Below are positions 30,665 through 41,042 of a DNA stretch of 64,000 bases, piece by piece. This DNA comes from an uncultured beta proteobacterium (lineage in GTDB: Bacteria; Pseudomonadota; Gammaproteobacteria; Burkholderiales; Gallionellaceae): assembly GCA_963784505.1 (NCBI GenBank), contig CAWASY010000056.1, positions 7,952 to 71,951 on the forward strand. The letters run 5' to 3'. The translations under genes and the position numbers were made by a program. The notes beneath the pieces were generated by a model. The model worked only from the letters and a program-made list of their open reading frames with translations, made no database searches and was not told the DNA's origin. Numbering within the stretch: position 1 is the first letter of the stretch; every line of letters begins with the position of its first letter.

Positions 30665-32053
30665 TCAGCGCTTTCCTAGCTGCTCCAGCTGATGCGTGCA
30701 GTCCAACGCGGCCAGTTTGTAGCATTCGGCAAGTGTCGGGTAGTTAAATACATTGGCGACCAGATCGCGCACCGTCCCGTTCAGGTTCATTACCAGTTGG
30801 CCGATGTGTATGAGTTCGCTGGCCTGTTCGCCGACGATATGTACCCCCAGCAGTTTCTCATCGCGAACATCCACGATCAATTTGAGCATTCCCTGTGCAT
30901 CGCCGATGATCTGGCCGCGTGCAGAGTCACGGAAATTGGCGCGCCCGACCACATAGGGGATGCCAGTTTGCTGCACTTCCTTTTCCGTTTTGCCGACATA
31001 GGAAATTTCGGGAATGGTATAGACCGCCATCGGCAGATTGTCGGCGCCGACATGGGTTCCGCCGCCAAAGGCATAGAGTACGGCAGCGCGTCCCTGTTCC
31101 ATGCCGGTTGAGGCGAGCGCAGGGCGGCCGATCAGATCGCCTACAGCATAGATGTGCGGTACGCTGGTCTGGAAATCCTGATTGATGGTAATCCAGCCGT
31201 CTTTTGCCACTATTCCCGCGCGTTCGATCTGTAACCCTTCGCTGTTGGGTTCCCGTCCCTGCGCGAATAGCACGGCATCAGTGCGTATCTGTTTGCCGCT
31301 CTCAAGTAGGGTGAGTGTGCCCGCATTTTCCCGGCGAATTTCGGCAACGCGCTCTTTCATGTGTAAGGTTACGCCCATGCCAAGAAAACTGTCGGCCAGC
31401 ACTTCCACCACGTCCTCGCTCAGGTAGGTGAGCAATTGCGCATGACTGTCCACCACGCTGACTTGCACGCCCAGTGCTGCAAAGATCGAGACAAATTCGC
31501 AGCCGATCACGCCGCCACCTACCACCAGCAGGCTGTCTGGCAAGTGGCGCAGATTCAGGATGGAGGTCGAATCCAGTACAGTCTTTTTGTCGAAGGGGAT
31601 GTGATCGGGTCGGCGCGGACGGGAACCTGTGGCCAGCACGATGACATCTGCACAAATTTGGCGAAGATTTCCTGCCGTATCCGTGATGCGCACGGTATGG
31701 GCATCGATAAAGGAGGCTTCGCCGGGAATCAATGCTACGCCGTGACGCAGCAGGCGTTGCAATATGACTGACTCCTGTTGGGCAATCACGCCCTCCTTGC
31801 GCCTGACCGCATCGGACAGTAGACCGTGACGGCTGCGTTCGGGTGCGAATGCTTGACGCATCCCGCCTGCGCGGGTGAGCTGATAGGCGACTTCGCGCAT
31901 CGCTTTGCTAGGGATGGTGCCGGTTTGCAGCCCTGCACCGCCGATTCTGGGTTTGCGTTCGATGATTGCGCATCGTTTTCCCATGCGTGATGCCTGCCAT
32001 GCGGCATGTTGTCCTGCGGGGCCGCTACCAATGATGAGTATGTCGTAGTCCAC
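30665..32053 (-). CDS. sthA: Soluble NAD(P) transhydrogenase
   Basis: IGSGPAG, TGTIPSK without the redox Cys pair, FNYPTLAECYKLAALD. Confidence 0.9.
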   Translation of the reverse strand: MDYDILIIGSGPAGQHAAWQASRMGKRCAIIERKPRIGGAGLQTGTIPSKAMREVAYQLTRAGGMRQAFAPERSRHGLLSDAVRRKEGVIAQQESVILQRLLRHGVALIPGEASFIDAHTVRITDTAGNLRQICADVIVLATGSRPRRPDHIPFDKKTVLDSTSILNLRHLPDSLLVVGGGVIGCEFVSIFAALGVQVSVVDSHAQLLTYLSEDVVEVLADSFLGMGVTLHMKERVAEIRRENAGTLTLLESGKQIRTDAVLFAQGREPNSEGLQIERAGIVAKDGWITINQDFQTSVPHIYAVGDLIGRPALASTGMEQGRAAVLYAFGGGTHVGADNLPMAVYTIPEISYVGKTEKEVQQTGIPYVVGRANFRDSARGQIIGDAQGMLKLIVDVRDEKLLGVHIVGEQASELIHIGQLVMNLNGTVRDLVANVFNYPTLAECYKLAALDCTHQLEQLGKR

Positions 32054-32069
32054 GGGATTTTGATTACCT

Positions 32070-34214
32070 TTATTTGATTCTCATGCCGGGTTGTGCGCCG
32101 TCGTCCGGAGACAGGATGTAAAGACCTGTCCCGAGCTTGTCGAGGTGGCCCGTGGTTTCACCGGAGGCTGCCAGCACCATGCCTTCGGACAGGCCGAACT
32201 TCATCTTGCGTGGCGCGAGGTTGGCGACCATCACCGTCATGCGGCCCTTGAGCAAGTCGGGATCATAGGCCGATTTGATGCCGGCGAACACCGTGCGGTG
32301 ATTTTCCTCGCCGATGTCCAATGTCAGTTTCAGCAGCTTTGCCGCCCCTTCGACCTGCTCGGCATTGACGATCCTTGCGACACGCAGGTCGATTTTGGCA
32401 AAATCCTCGATGGAAATGGTGTCACTAATCGGTTCAATAGACATTTTGGCATCCTGCGGCAAGGTTGAATGTTGCTGCGCCTCGGCATGACGTTGTTGGG
32501 AATGTGTCTGCTCCCCTCCCACGCTCGTGGAGGAGGGGTTGGGGGAGAGGGCTGTCAGGTTGGCGGCAGTCATCGCTGCAATCAGTTTGGGGTCGAGTCG
32601 GGTTGCCAGATGGGAATAGGTGTTGATGGTGTGTCCGGCTGCCAGGGCATCCCAGTTATCACCCCACATCATTGGCTCAATTTTCAGGAAAGCTTCCACC
32701 TGACTGGCCAGTACAGGCAGTACGGGTTTGAGGTAGCGTGTGAGATCACGGAACATCGTCATCGCGGTTGAGCAGGTGACATGCAGCGCGGCATCAGCGC
32801 CCTCTGTTTTTGCCAGTTCCCACGGTTTTTGTTCGGCGACATACTGATTTGCAACATCGGCCAGACGCATGATTTCACGCAAGCCTCGTGCAAAATCGCG
32901 TTGCTCGTAGCAATGTGCAATGGTGCTGCTCTTGAAAACGGCTTTAAATTCGGCGGTGGCCGTTAAATCAGTTGCGCCCAGTTTTCCTTCAAAACGCTTG
33001 GCAATGAATCCTGCGCAGCGGCTGGCGATATTGATATATTTGCCGATCAGATCCGAGTTTACCTTGGCGACGAAGTCGTCGAGATTCAGATCCAGGTCTT
33101 CCATGGTGCCGTTGATCTTGGCGGCGTAGTAGTAGCGCAGGTATTCAGTGTTCTGGATGTTGTCCACATAGCTCTTCGCGGTGATGAAGGTGCCGCGCGA
33201 TTTGGACATCTTCTCGCCGTTGACGGTCAAAAATCCGTGCGCGAACAGTTTTGTCGGCGTGCGAAAGCCCGCGTGTTCCAGCATCGCCGGCCAGAACAGT
33301 GCGTGGAAGTATAAAATGTCCTTGCCGATGAAATGATAAAGCTCGGCAGTGGAATCGGGCTTCCAGTATGCGTTGAAATCCAGATTCTTTTTGTCACACA
33401 GTTGTTTGAAGCTACCCATGTAACCGACCGGTGCATCCAGCCAGACGTAGAAATACTTGCCCGGTGCGTCGGGGATTTCGAAGCCGAAATAGGGCGCATC
33501 GCGCGAGATATCCCAATCGGACAGTTTGTTCTCTTCCCCTTCGCCCAGCCATTCCTGCATCTTGTTGGCCGCTTCCGCCTGCAGCGCGCCGCCGCGTGTC
33601 CAGTTGCGTAAAAACTGCTGACAGGTATCGGCGGACAATTTGAAGAAATAGTGATCGGAATTGCGCATTTCGGGTTTCGCACCCGACACGGCAGAATAAG
33701 GTTCGATCAGCTCGGTCGGGGCATAGGCCGCGCCGCAAACCTCGCAGTTGTCGCCGTATTGATCCTTTGCATGGCACTTCGGGCATTCGCCCTTGATGAA
33801 GCGATCCGGCAAAAACATGCTTTTGACCGGGTCATAATACTGTTCGATGGAGCGCACTTCGATCAGATCGCGCGCCCTCAGGTTGCGGTAGATACCTTCT
33901 GCGAATTCTTTTGTTTCGACTGAATTGGTCGATCCGTAGTGATCGAATTCGACGTGGAACGCGGCGAAATCATCGTAGTGTTCCTGCCACACGCGGGCGA
34001 TCAGGGCTTCCGGGGTAATGCCTTCGCTTTGCGCGCGCAGCATAATGGGCGTGCCATGGGTGTCGTCGGCGCATACATAATGCACTTCGTGACCGCGCAT
34101 TTTCTGGAAGCGCACCCAGATGTCGGTCTGGATGTATTCGACCAGATGACCCAAATGAATGCTGCCATTTGCATAGGGAAGGGCGGAGGTGACGAGTATT
34201 TTTCGCGTAGTCAT
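32070..34214 (-). CDS. metG: Methionine--tRNA ligase with two palindrome-derived in-frame inserts
   Basis: [18 protein letters not shown], Zn knuckle, C-terminal tRNA-binding OB domain. Confidence 0.97.
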   Translation of the reverse strand: MTTRKILVTSALPYANGSIHLGHLVEYIQTDIWVRFQKMRGHEVHYVCADDTHGTPIMLRAQSEGITPEALIARVWQEHYDDFAAFHVEFDHYGSTNSVETKEFAEGIYRNLRARDLIEVRSIEQYYDPVKSMFLPDRFIKGECPKCHAKDQYGDNCEVCGAAYAPTELIEPYSAVSGAKPEMRNSDHYFFKLSADTCQQFLRNWTRGGALQAEAANKMQEWLGEGEENKLSDWDISRDAPYFGFEIPDAPGKYFYVWLDAPVGYMGSFKQLCDKKNLDFNAYWKPDSTAELYHFIGKDILYFHALFWPAMLEHAGFRTPTKLFAHGFLTVNGEKMSKSRGTFITAKSYVDNIQNTEYLRYYYAAKINGTMEDLDLNLDDFVAKVNSDLIGKYINIASRCAGFIAKRFEGKLGATDLTATAEFKAVFKSSTIAHCYEQRDFARGLREIMRLADVANQYVAEQKPWELAKTEGADAALHVTCSTAMTMFRDLTRYLKPVLPVLASQVEAFLKIEPMMWGDNWDALAAGHTINTYSHLATRLDPKLIAAMTAANLTALSPNPSSTSVGGEQTHSQQRHAEAQQHSTLPQDAKMSIEPISDTISIEDFAKIDLRVARIVNAEQVEGAAKLLKLTLDIGEENHRTVFAGIKSAYDPDLLKGRMTVMVANLAPRKMKFGLSEGMVLAASGETTGHLDKLGTGLYILSPDDGAQPGMRIK

Positions 34215-34444
34215 GGATGCATGCCGGATTCTAAAAGTGTGTGCATTTTAGCAAATCGCGCGCATTGGCGTTGAATTGGTTAGAATTGCATTCTTGAATT
34301 AACGAGCATGGTGAAAATGCCACCCTTGTTTATTATGTTCGCCATGCGCGTTTCCCTCTCCTCAATCTTCTCCCAGAGGCAGAGGAGGCAAACGAGGCGC
34401 TACGCGAATCCATTTTGATTAACGATAACTGAATAGAGGCAGGG

Positions 34445-35539
34445 ATGAGTTTTAACGAAACTGACGTGCAAAGTGCGTTGAAAAACCTGATTGATCCGAA
34501 TACCAGACGAGATTTTGTCGCTGGTAAATCCGTTAAAAACGTTAAAGTCAGTGGCAGCGATCTGTCGCTGGATATCCAGTTGGGCTATCCGGCTGCGAGC
34601 GTATGGGATGAAATTCGCAGTATGGTCGAGATGCATCTCGGAACCGCATTGCCAGGTGCAGGCAGGATCAGTGTAAACGTTACCAGTCGTGTCGTGCCGC
34701 ATGCGGTGCAGCGTGGCGTCAAACTGGTCGATGGCGTAAAAAACATTATTGCCGTGGCGTCCGGCAAGGGGGGGGTGGGCAAGTCCACCACTGCGGTAAA
34801 TCTGGCCTTGGCCCTCGCCGCCGAAGGCGCGCGCGTTGGCATACTGGATGCGGATATTTACGGCCCGTCGCAACCGACCATGCTGGGTATTTCAGGTCAG
34901 CCCAAGTCACGCGACGGGCAATCCATGGAGCCGATGAGCAACTATGGGATTCAGTCCATGTCGATCGGTTACATGATCGCAGGTGACGATGCGCCGATGA
35001 TTTGGCGAGGTCCGATGGTGACACAGGCGCTCGACCAGTTGTTGCGTCAGACCCGCTGGGATAATCTGGACTATCTGGTGGTGGATTTGCCACCAGGTAC
35101 GGGTGACATTCAACTTACCTTGTCGCAAAAAGTACCGGTTACCGGTGCCGTGATCGTCACCACACCTCAGGATATCGCCCTGCTCGATGCGCGCAAGGGG
35201 CTGAAAATGTTCGAGAAAGTCGGTATCAAGATTGTCGGTATCGTGGAAAATATGAGTACGCATATTTGTTCCAAATGCGGACATGAAGAGCATATCTTCG
35301 GCGCGGGCGGCGGTGCAAAAATGTGTGCAGATTATGATACGGAATTTTTGGGTAGTTTGCCGCTGGATATTCGCATTCGCGAACAGGCCGATTCTGGGCA
35401 ACCTACCGTGGTTGCTGAACCGGATGGCGCAATCGCCAAAGTATATAAACAGATCGCGCGTCGCGTTGCGGTGAAAGTTGCCGAAATGGCGCAGGATCAC
35501 AGCGCGGCATTCCCTAAAATCGTGATACAAAATACTTAA
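34445..35539 (+). CDS. apbC: Fe-S cluster carrier ApbC/Mrp
   Basis: [37 protein letters not shown]. Confidence 0.95.
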   Translation: MSFNETDVQSALKNLIDPNTRRDFVAGKSVKNVKVSGSDLSLDIQLGYPAASVWDEIRSMVEMHLGTALPGAGRISVNVTSRVVPHAVQRGVKLVDGVKNIIAVASGKGGVGKSTTAVNLALALAAEGARVGILDADIYGPSQPTMLGISGQPKSRDGQSMEPMSNYGIQSMSIGYMIAGDDAPMIWRGPMVTQALDQLLRQTRWDNLDYLVVDLPPGTGDIQLTLSQKVPVTGAVIVTTPQDIALLDARKGLKMFEKVGIKIVGIVENMSTHICSKCGHEEHIFGAGGGAKMCADYDTEFLGSLPLDIRIREQADSGQPTVVAEPDGAIAKVYKQIARRVAVKVAEMAQDHSAAFPKIVIQNT

Positions 35540-35548
35540 GAGGAGGAG

Positions 35549-35626
35549 AGAAGGGGCAAGGGATAAGGGATAAGGGTTGCTGCTGCGCGCAGGTTTTCCC
35601 CTTCCCCTTCCCCCTTCCCCCTTCCC
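35549..35626. repeat. Inverted heptamer-repeat tract (AAGGGAT-like / CCCCTTC-like)
   Basis: Purine heptamers followed by complementary pyrimidine heptamers; similar tract at about 8385-8441. Confidence 0.6.
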
Positions 35627-35631
35627 ATACT

Positions 35632-36198
35632 ATGAGCATCAAATCAGACAAATGGATACGCCGCATGGCGGAAGAGCACGGCATGATCGAGCCTTTCTCG
35701 CCTGTTCAGGTGAAGGAAGTGGACGGCAAGCGCATCGTGTCCTACGGCACGTCGAGTTATGGCTACGATATACGCTGTTCGAACGAATTCAAGCTGTTTA
35801 CCAATATCAACAGCACGATTGTCGATCCGAAGAACTTCGATCCGAATTCCTTTGTAGAAGTGACGGCGGACTATTGCATCATTCCGCCCAATTCATTCGC
35901 GCTGGCGCGCACCGTAGAGTATTTCCGCATTCCGCGTTCAGTGCTGACGGTGTGTCTGGGCAAGTCCACTTATGCGCGCTGCGGTATCATCGTCAATGTC
36001 ACGCCGTTCGAGCCTGAGTGGGAAGGTTATGTGACGCTGGAGTTTTCCAATACCACGCCACTGCCTGCCAAAATTTACGCCAACGAAGGGGTTGCACAGG
36101 TGCTGTTCTTCGAGAGCGACGAAGTGTGCGAGACTTCTTACAAGGACAGGGGCGGCAAGTATCAGGGGCAAGTGGGTGTGACCTTGCCGAAGATGTAA
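35632..36198 (+). CDS. dcd: dCTP deaminase
   Basis: [28 protein letters not shown]. Confidence 0.96.
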   Translation: MSIKSDKWIRRMAEEHGMIEPFSPVQVKEVDGKRIVSYGTSSYGYDIRCSNEFKLFTNINSTIVDPKNFDPNSFVEVTADYCIIPPNSFALARTVEYFRIPRSVLTVCLGKSTYARCGIIVNVTPFEPEWEGYVTLEFSNTTPLPAKIYANEGVAQVLFFESDEVCETSYKDRGGKYQGQVGVTLPKM

Positions 36199-36203
36199 TC
36201 ACG

Positions 36204-36428
36204 ATGTCACAGGATCAACAGATCATCTGGCGTTCCCCTCGGGGTGAGGTGATCGCTTGCGTGGAAAAAAACAAGGTGATGTGCGAGAATTTTGAGGAAA
36301 TTCGCCAGATATGTCAGGATGCACTGGATGATGCGGTGCTGATGGGGTGCGATGAGGCACAGGTTCGCGCGGAACTGGTCGCGTTGATCGGTGGTCTGGT
36401 CAATTCGTATGCGCCCGCCGAATCGTAA
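36204..36428 (+). CDS. Conserved small hypothetical protein
   Basis: WRSPRGEVIACVEKNKV...QDALDDAVLMGCDE; fills the gap after dcd. Confidence 0.7.
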   Translation: MSQDQQIIWRSPRGEVIACVEKNKVMCENFEEIRQICQDALDDAVLMGCDEAQVRAELVALIGGLVNSYAPAES

Positions 36429-36586
36429 ATCTGTGATAATTCGCGCAAATTTTATCCCCTAATGGGAGTTGTCCAATGAAGTTTCGTTTTAGCTCAGGCA
36501 TTGCCTTCGCTGAACCTTCATCCGGTTTTCGCTTGATTGCAAGCGAAAGTTTGCATTGTTATTTACCCACGTTGGGAGTGCACTAA

Positions 36587-38833
36587 ATGAAATTCAGGTT
36601 TCCAATCATCATCATTGATGAAGATTTTCGTTCCGAAAATGCCAGTGGTCTGGGGATACGCGCGCTGGCTGATGCGCTTGTGAAAGAGGGCATGGAAGTG
36701 CTGGGTGTGACCAGTTATGGTGATCTGACTTCTTTTGCCCAACAGCAAAGTCGCGCGTCGGCGTTCCTGTTGTCAATTGATGACGAGGAGTTCGGCGGTG
36801 GCAGCAAGGAAGAGACCGAATTTGCGCTGAAAAGTCTGCGTGCGTTCGTCGAAGAGATTCGGTTCAAAAACTCGGATATCCCGATTTATCTGTATGGCGA
36901 GACGCGTACCTCGCGTCATATTCCGAACGATGTGTTACGCGAATTGCACGGCTTTATTCATATGCACGAGGATACGCCGGAATTCGTCGCTCGCCATATC
37001 ATCCGTGAGGCCCAATCGTATCTGGATTCGCTGGCACCGCCGTTTTTTCGCGCGCTGCTTCATTATGCGCAGGACGGTTCATATTCCTGGCATTGCCCAG
37101 GGCATTCGGGCGGCGTTGCGTTTCTGAAGTCGCCGGTAGGCCAGATGTTCCATCAGTTCTTCGGCGAAAACATGCTGCGTGCCGACGTGTGCAATGCGGT
37201 GGACGAACTGGGGCAGTTGCTTGATCATACTGGCCCAGTGGCCGCTTCCGAGCGCAATGCCGCGCGCATCTTCAATGCCGATCATCTGTTTTTTGTCACC
37301 AACGGTACCTCGACTTCGAACAAGATAGTCTGGCACTCGACGGTAGCGTCCGACGATATCGTGGTGGTCGATCGCAACTGCCACAAATCCATTTTGCATT
37401 CGATCATGATGACCGGTGCGGTGCCGGTATTTCTGACGCCGACGCGAAATCATTACGGTATCATCGGGCCCATTCCGAAGTCCGAATTCGAGCCGGCCAG
37501 TATCCAGCGCAAGATAGACGCGAATCCGTTTATTAAAGACAAGACCAAGAAGCCCCGTATCCTTACCATCACGCAGAGCACCTATGATGGTATCGTATAC
37601 AACGTCGAGATGCTCAAGGCAATGCTGGACGGGCGCATTGATACCTTGCATTTCGATGAGGCCTGGTTACCGCATGCCGCGTTTCATCCGTTCTACAGGG
37701 ATATGCACGCCATCGGTCAGGACAGGCCGCAGGCCAAGGAGTCGATGATTTTTGCAACTCAATCCACCCACAAGCTGTTGGCCGGATTGAGTCAGGCGTC
37801 GCAGATTCTGGTGCGCGAATCCGAGAACCGCAAGCTGAACAAATACATTTTCAACGAAGCCTATTTGATGCACACGTCCACTAGCCCACAGTACGCCATC
37901 ATTGCGTCATGCGATGTGGCGGCTGCAATGATGGAAGCACCGGGTGGCACTGCGCTGGTTGAGGAGTCGATCGCCGAAGCGCTGGATTTTCGCCGTGCAA
38001 TGCGCAAAGTGGATGAAGAGTATGGTCTGGACTGGTGGTTCAAAGTGTGGGGGCCGGACTTTATCGCCGAGGAAGGCGTGGGTTCGCGTGAGGACTGGGT
38101 GCTCAAACCCTCGGATAAGTGGCATGGCTTCGGTGATCTGGCGGATGGTTTCAATATGCTGGATCCGATCAAGGCAACCATCATCACGCCCGGGTTGGAT
38201 GTGGATGGTGACTTTTCCGATAGCGGCATCCCGGCTTCGATGGTGACCAAGTATCTGGCCGAGCATGGCGTGATCGTCGAGAAGTGCGGTCTGTACTCGT
38301 TTTTCATCATGTTTACCATCGGTATCACCAAGGGGCGCTGGAATACGCTGCTGACCGCACTCCAGCAGTTCAAGGACGACTACGACAAGAATCAGCCGCT
38401 TTGGCGCATCCTGCCGGAATTTGCTGCGAAGTATCCGCGCTATGAGCGAGTGGGGCTACGCGATCTTTGTCAGCAGATACACGATGCCTATAATTCGCAT
38501 AATGTCGCACGCATGACGACCGAAATGTATTTGTCTGATATGCAGCCTGCGATGAAGCCATCCGATGCATTTGCCATGATGGCGCATGAGGAGTTGGATC
38601 GCGTAGAAATCGATGATCTTGAGGGGCGTGTCACCGCCGTGCTGTTGACGCCGTATCCGCCGGGTATCCCGCTGCTGATTCCGGGTGAGATTTTCAACAG
38701 GACGATCGTTGATTATCTGAAATTTGCCCGTGATTTCAGCCAGAAACTGCCCGGTTTCGAGACCGATATACACGGGTTAGTGACAGAGGAAGTCGACGGC
38801 GCGAAGCGTTATTTCGTGGATTGCGTAAGGTAG
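36587..38833 (+). CDS. Arginine/lysine/ornithine decarboxylase (fold-type I, wing domain)
   Basis: HCPGHSGG, DRNCHKS, HFDEAW, TQSTHKLL (PLP lysine), PYPPGIP. Confidence 0.93.
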   Translation: MKFRFPIIIIDEDFRSENASGLGIRALADALVKEGMEVLGVTSYGDLTSFAQQQSRASAFLLSIDDEEFGGGSKEETEFALKSLRAFVEEIRFKNSDIPIYLYGETRTSRHIPNDVLRELHGFIHMHEDTPEFVARHIIREAQSYLDSLAPPFFRALLHYAQDGSYSWHCPGHSGGVAFLKSPVGQMFHQFFGENMLRADVCNAVDELGQLLDHTGPVAASERNAARIFNADHLFFVTNGTSTSNKIVWHSTVASDDIVVVDRNCHKSILHSIMMTGAVPVFLTPTRNHYGIIGPIPKSEFEPASIQRKIDANPFIKDKTKKPRILTITQSTYDGIVYNVEMLKAMLDGRIDTLHFDEAWLPHAAFHPFYRDMHAIGQDRPQAKESMIFATQSTHKLLAGLSQASQILVRESENRKLNKYIFNEAYLMHTSTSPQYAIIASCDVAAAMMEAPGGTALVEESIAEALDFRRAMRKVDEEYGLDWWFKVWGPDFIAEEGVGSREDWVLKPSDKWHGFGDLADGFNMLDPIKATIITPGLDVDGDFSDSGIPASMVTKYLAEHGVIVEKCGLYSFFIMFTIGITKGRWNTLLTALQQFKDDYDKNQPLWRILPEFAAKYPRYERVGLRDLCQQIHDAYNSHNVARMTTEMYLSDMQPAMKPSDAFAMMAHEELDRVEIDDLEGRVTAVLLTPYPPGIPLLIPGEIFNRTIVDYLKFARDFSQKLPGFETDIHGLVTEEVDGAKRYFVDCVR

Positions 38834-39204
38834 ATACATGTCTGAAACCGGGCACCCGCAAGGGGCGTCCCCGCACAACTAAGCCAGTAAACTGGCAAGT
38901 TGTCGCGTGAAGGAAGTGGATGGCGCGAAGCGTTATTTCGTGGATTGCGTAAGGTAGATACATGTCTGAAACCGGGCACCCGCAAGGGGCGTCCCCGCAC
39001 AACTAAGCCAGTAAACTGGCAAGTTGTCGCGTGAAGGAAGTGGATGGCGCGAAGCGTTATTTCGTGGATTGCGTAAGGTAGATACATGTCTGAAACCGGG
39101 CACCCGCAAGGGGCGTCCCCGCACAACTAAGCCAGTAAACTGGCAAGTTGTCGCGTGAAGGAAGTCGACGGCGCGAAGCGTTATTTCGTGGATTGCGTAA
39201 GGTA
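38787..39204 (+). repeat. 124-bp tandem repeat: three full units plus 46 bp, containing the gene's last 15 codons
   Basis: Units start at 38787, 38911, 39035 and 39159. Confidence 0.97.
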
Positions 39205-39422
39205 AAATGATGGTTTGTAGCGGAAAAGTGCAAGCACTTGCTGCAAACTACCGCTTCCAGGCTGAATTTTAATTTTTTTCTTGATGACTTTTTAAAACTA
39301 GCGTATAAAGTCATCTTAGGTGTTTGATTCAAAGTCACTGCAGTACTGGTTTTACCATGTGCAATCTTCGATCAAATAGTTTCGCGGGAGTTTTTCCCGT
39401 TTTTTAAAAAGGAAGTAGTCAC

Positions 39423-39626
39423 ATGGCAACTGGTACAGTTAAGTGGTTCAACGATGCAAAAGGTTTTGGTTTTGTTACTCCTGATGATGGTAGCGAAGAT
39501 CTGTTCGCGCACTTCTCAGCGATCAACATGAACGGTTTCAAAACTTTGCAAGAAGGCCAAAAGGTTTCCTTCGAAGTTACGCAAGGCCCTAAGGGTAAGC
39601 AAGCTTCAAACATCCAGGCTGCTTAA
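39423..39626 (+). CDS. Cold-shock protein (CspA family)
   Basis: [24 protein letters not shown]. Confidence 0.96.
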   Translation: MATGTVKWFNDAKGFGFVTPDDGSEDLFAHFSAINMNGFKTLQEGQKVSFEVTQGPKGKQASNIQAA

Positions 39627-39646
39627 TTAGCGCTTGAGTTGTTAAC

Positions 39647-39672
39647 AAAAACCGCCACTTGTGGCGGTTTTT
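39647..39672. terminator. Bidirectional intrinsic terminator
   Basis: AAAAACCGCCAC-TT-GTGGCGGTTTTT between convergent csp and folA. Confidence 0.85.
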
Positions 39673-39699
39673 GCATTGCAACTTCCTAATTACCGCTTC

Positions 39700-40203
39700 C
39701 TATTTCTTGCAATAGGTAACGAAGTGGTATTCCAGAGGCTGCGGTAATTCCTGATAGCGGATTTCACGTGCTTCTTCCTGCCAGACAGTGCGATCGACTT
39801 CCGGGAAATGAGCGTCTCCTTCAACATCCTGTTGTATTTCGGTGATATATAGCTTGTTTGTCAGCGGCAAGGATAGGGCATAAATTTCCGCCCCACCTAC
39901 GATGAAGACTTCAGTTTCGTCTGAGTGGGCGTCGCGTTGTGAGCATGCGGTAATGGCGGCTTCCAGTGAATGCGCCATCAGGCAGCCTTCAATTATTAAA
40001 TCTCGATCCCGTGTTACGACCACGGTGGTACGCCCCGGCAAGGCTTTGCCGATCGACTCGAAGGTCTTGCGTCCCATGATCATGTGATGCCCCATGGTGA
40101 GTGCCTTAAAGTGTTTCAAATCCTCCGGGCAGCGCCACGGCAAGGTGTTGTTCACGCCGATAGTGCGGTTCTGCGCCATCGCGACGATGATGGACAGGTT
40201 CAT
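39700..40203 (-). CDS. folA: Dihydrofolate reductase
   Basis: [37 protein letters not shown]. Confidence 0.95.
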   Translation of the reverse strand: MNLSIIVAMAQNRTIGVNNTLPWRCPEDLKHFKALTMGHHMIMGRKTFESIGKALPGRTTVVVTRDRDLIIEGCLMAHSLEAAITACSQRDAHSDETEVFIVGGAEIYALSLPLTNKLYITEIQQDVEGDAHFPEVDRTVWQEEAREIRYQELPQPLEYHFVTYCKK

Positions 40204-40994
40204 ACGGCCACCGGTGCCTTGATGGCCGGGTGCGGATCGTAGCCTTCGAGGGTGAAATCCTCATACTTGAATGCGAAGATGTCGCGCACGTTTTGATTGA
40301 TTTTCATTGTTGGCAGATTGTGAGGTTCGCGCGAACGTTGCAGTTTTGTTTGTTCCATGTGGTTCAGGTACAGATGTGCATCGCCAAAGGTGTGCACGAA
40401 GTCGCCCGGTTCAAGTTCGCATACCTGCGCCATCATCATGGTCAGCAACGCGTAGGAGGCGATGTTGAACGGCACGCCGAGGAAGATGTCGGCGCTGCGC
40501 TGGTAGAGTTGGCAGGAGAGTTTGCCATCCGCGACATAGAATTGAAAGAACGCGTGGCAGGGCGCTAACGCCATTTTGTCCAGTTCGCCGACATTCCAGG
40601 CGGAGACGATGATGCGGCGCGAATCCGGATTGTGTTTCAGTTGATCGACAGCGACTGCAATCTGGTCGATCACGCGACCGTCATGTGACGTCCATGAGCG
40701 CCATTGTTTTCCATATACCGGGCCAAGATTCCCGTTTTCATCCGCCCATTCATCCCAGATTTTCACGCCATTTTCCATCAGATAATGAATGTTGGTGTCG
40801 CCCTTTAAAAACCACAGCAACTCATGAATGATCGACTTCATGTGGCATTTCTTGGTAGTGACCAGCGGAAAGCCTTTGGACAGGTCAAAACGCATCTGGT
40901 AGCCGAACACGCTGATCGTGCCGGTTCCGGTGCGATCGGATTTTTGTGTGCCGTGTTCGAGCACATGTTGCATTAAATCAAGATAGGTACGCAT
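40200..40994 (-). CDS. thyA: Thymidylate synthase
   Basis: [28 protein letters not shown]. Confidence 0.97.
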   Translation of the reverse strand: MRTYLDLMQHVLEHGTQKSDRTGTGTISVFGYQMRFDLSKGFPLVTTKKCHMKSIIHELLWFLKGDTNIHYLMENGVKIWDEWADENGNLGPVYGKQWRSWTSHDGRVIDQIAVAVDQLKHNPDSRRIIVSAWNVGELDKMALAPCHAFFQFYVADGKLSCQLYQRSADIFLGVPFNIASYALLTMMMAQVCELEPGDFVHTFGDAHLYLNHMEQTKLQRSREPHNLPTMKINQNVRDIFAFKYEDFTLEGYDPHPAIKAPVAV

Positions 40995-41042
40995 GGGTTG
41001 CCAAGTATAATTGGAGCATTGAATGATATTTTAGAGGACGCA

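Noticed and set aside
38787-39204. CRISPR array
   Set aside because: The spacers are identical, the repeat is the gene's own 3' end, and no cas genes are present.
38736-39338. Repeated minus-strand ORFs over the tandem array
   Set aside because: By-products of the 124-bp repeat with no coding signature.
39921-39942. Possible 18-bp insert in folA between CTCA repeats
   Set aside because: No hairpin or match to the other repeat families, and the loop is naturally variable.
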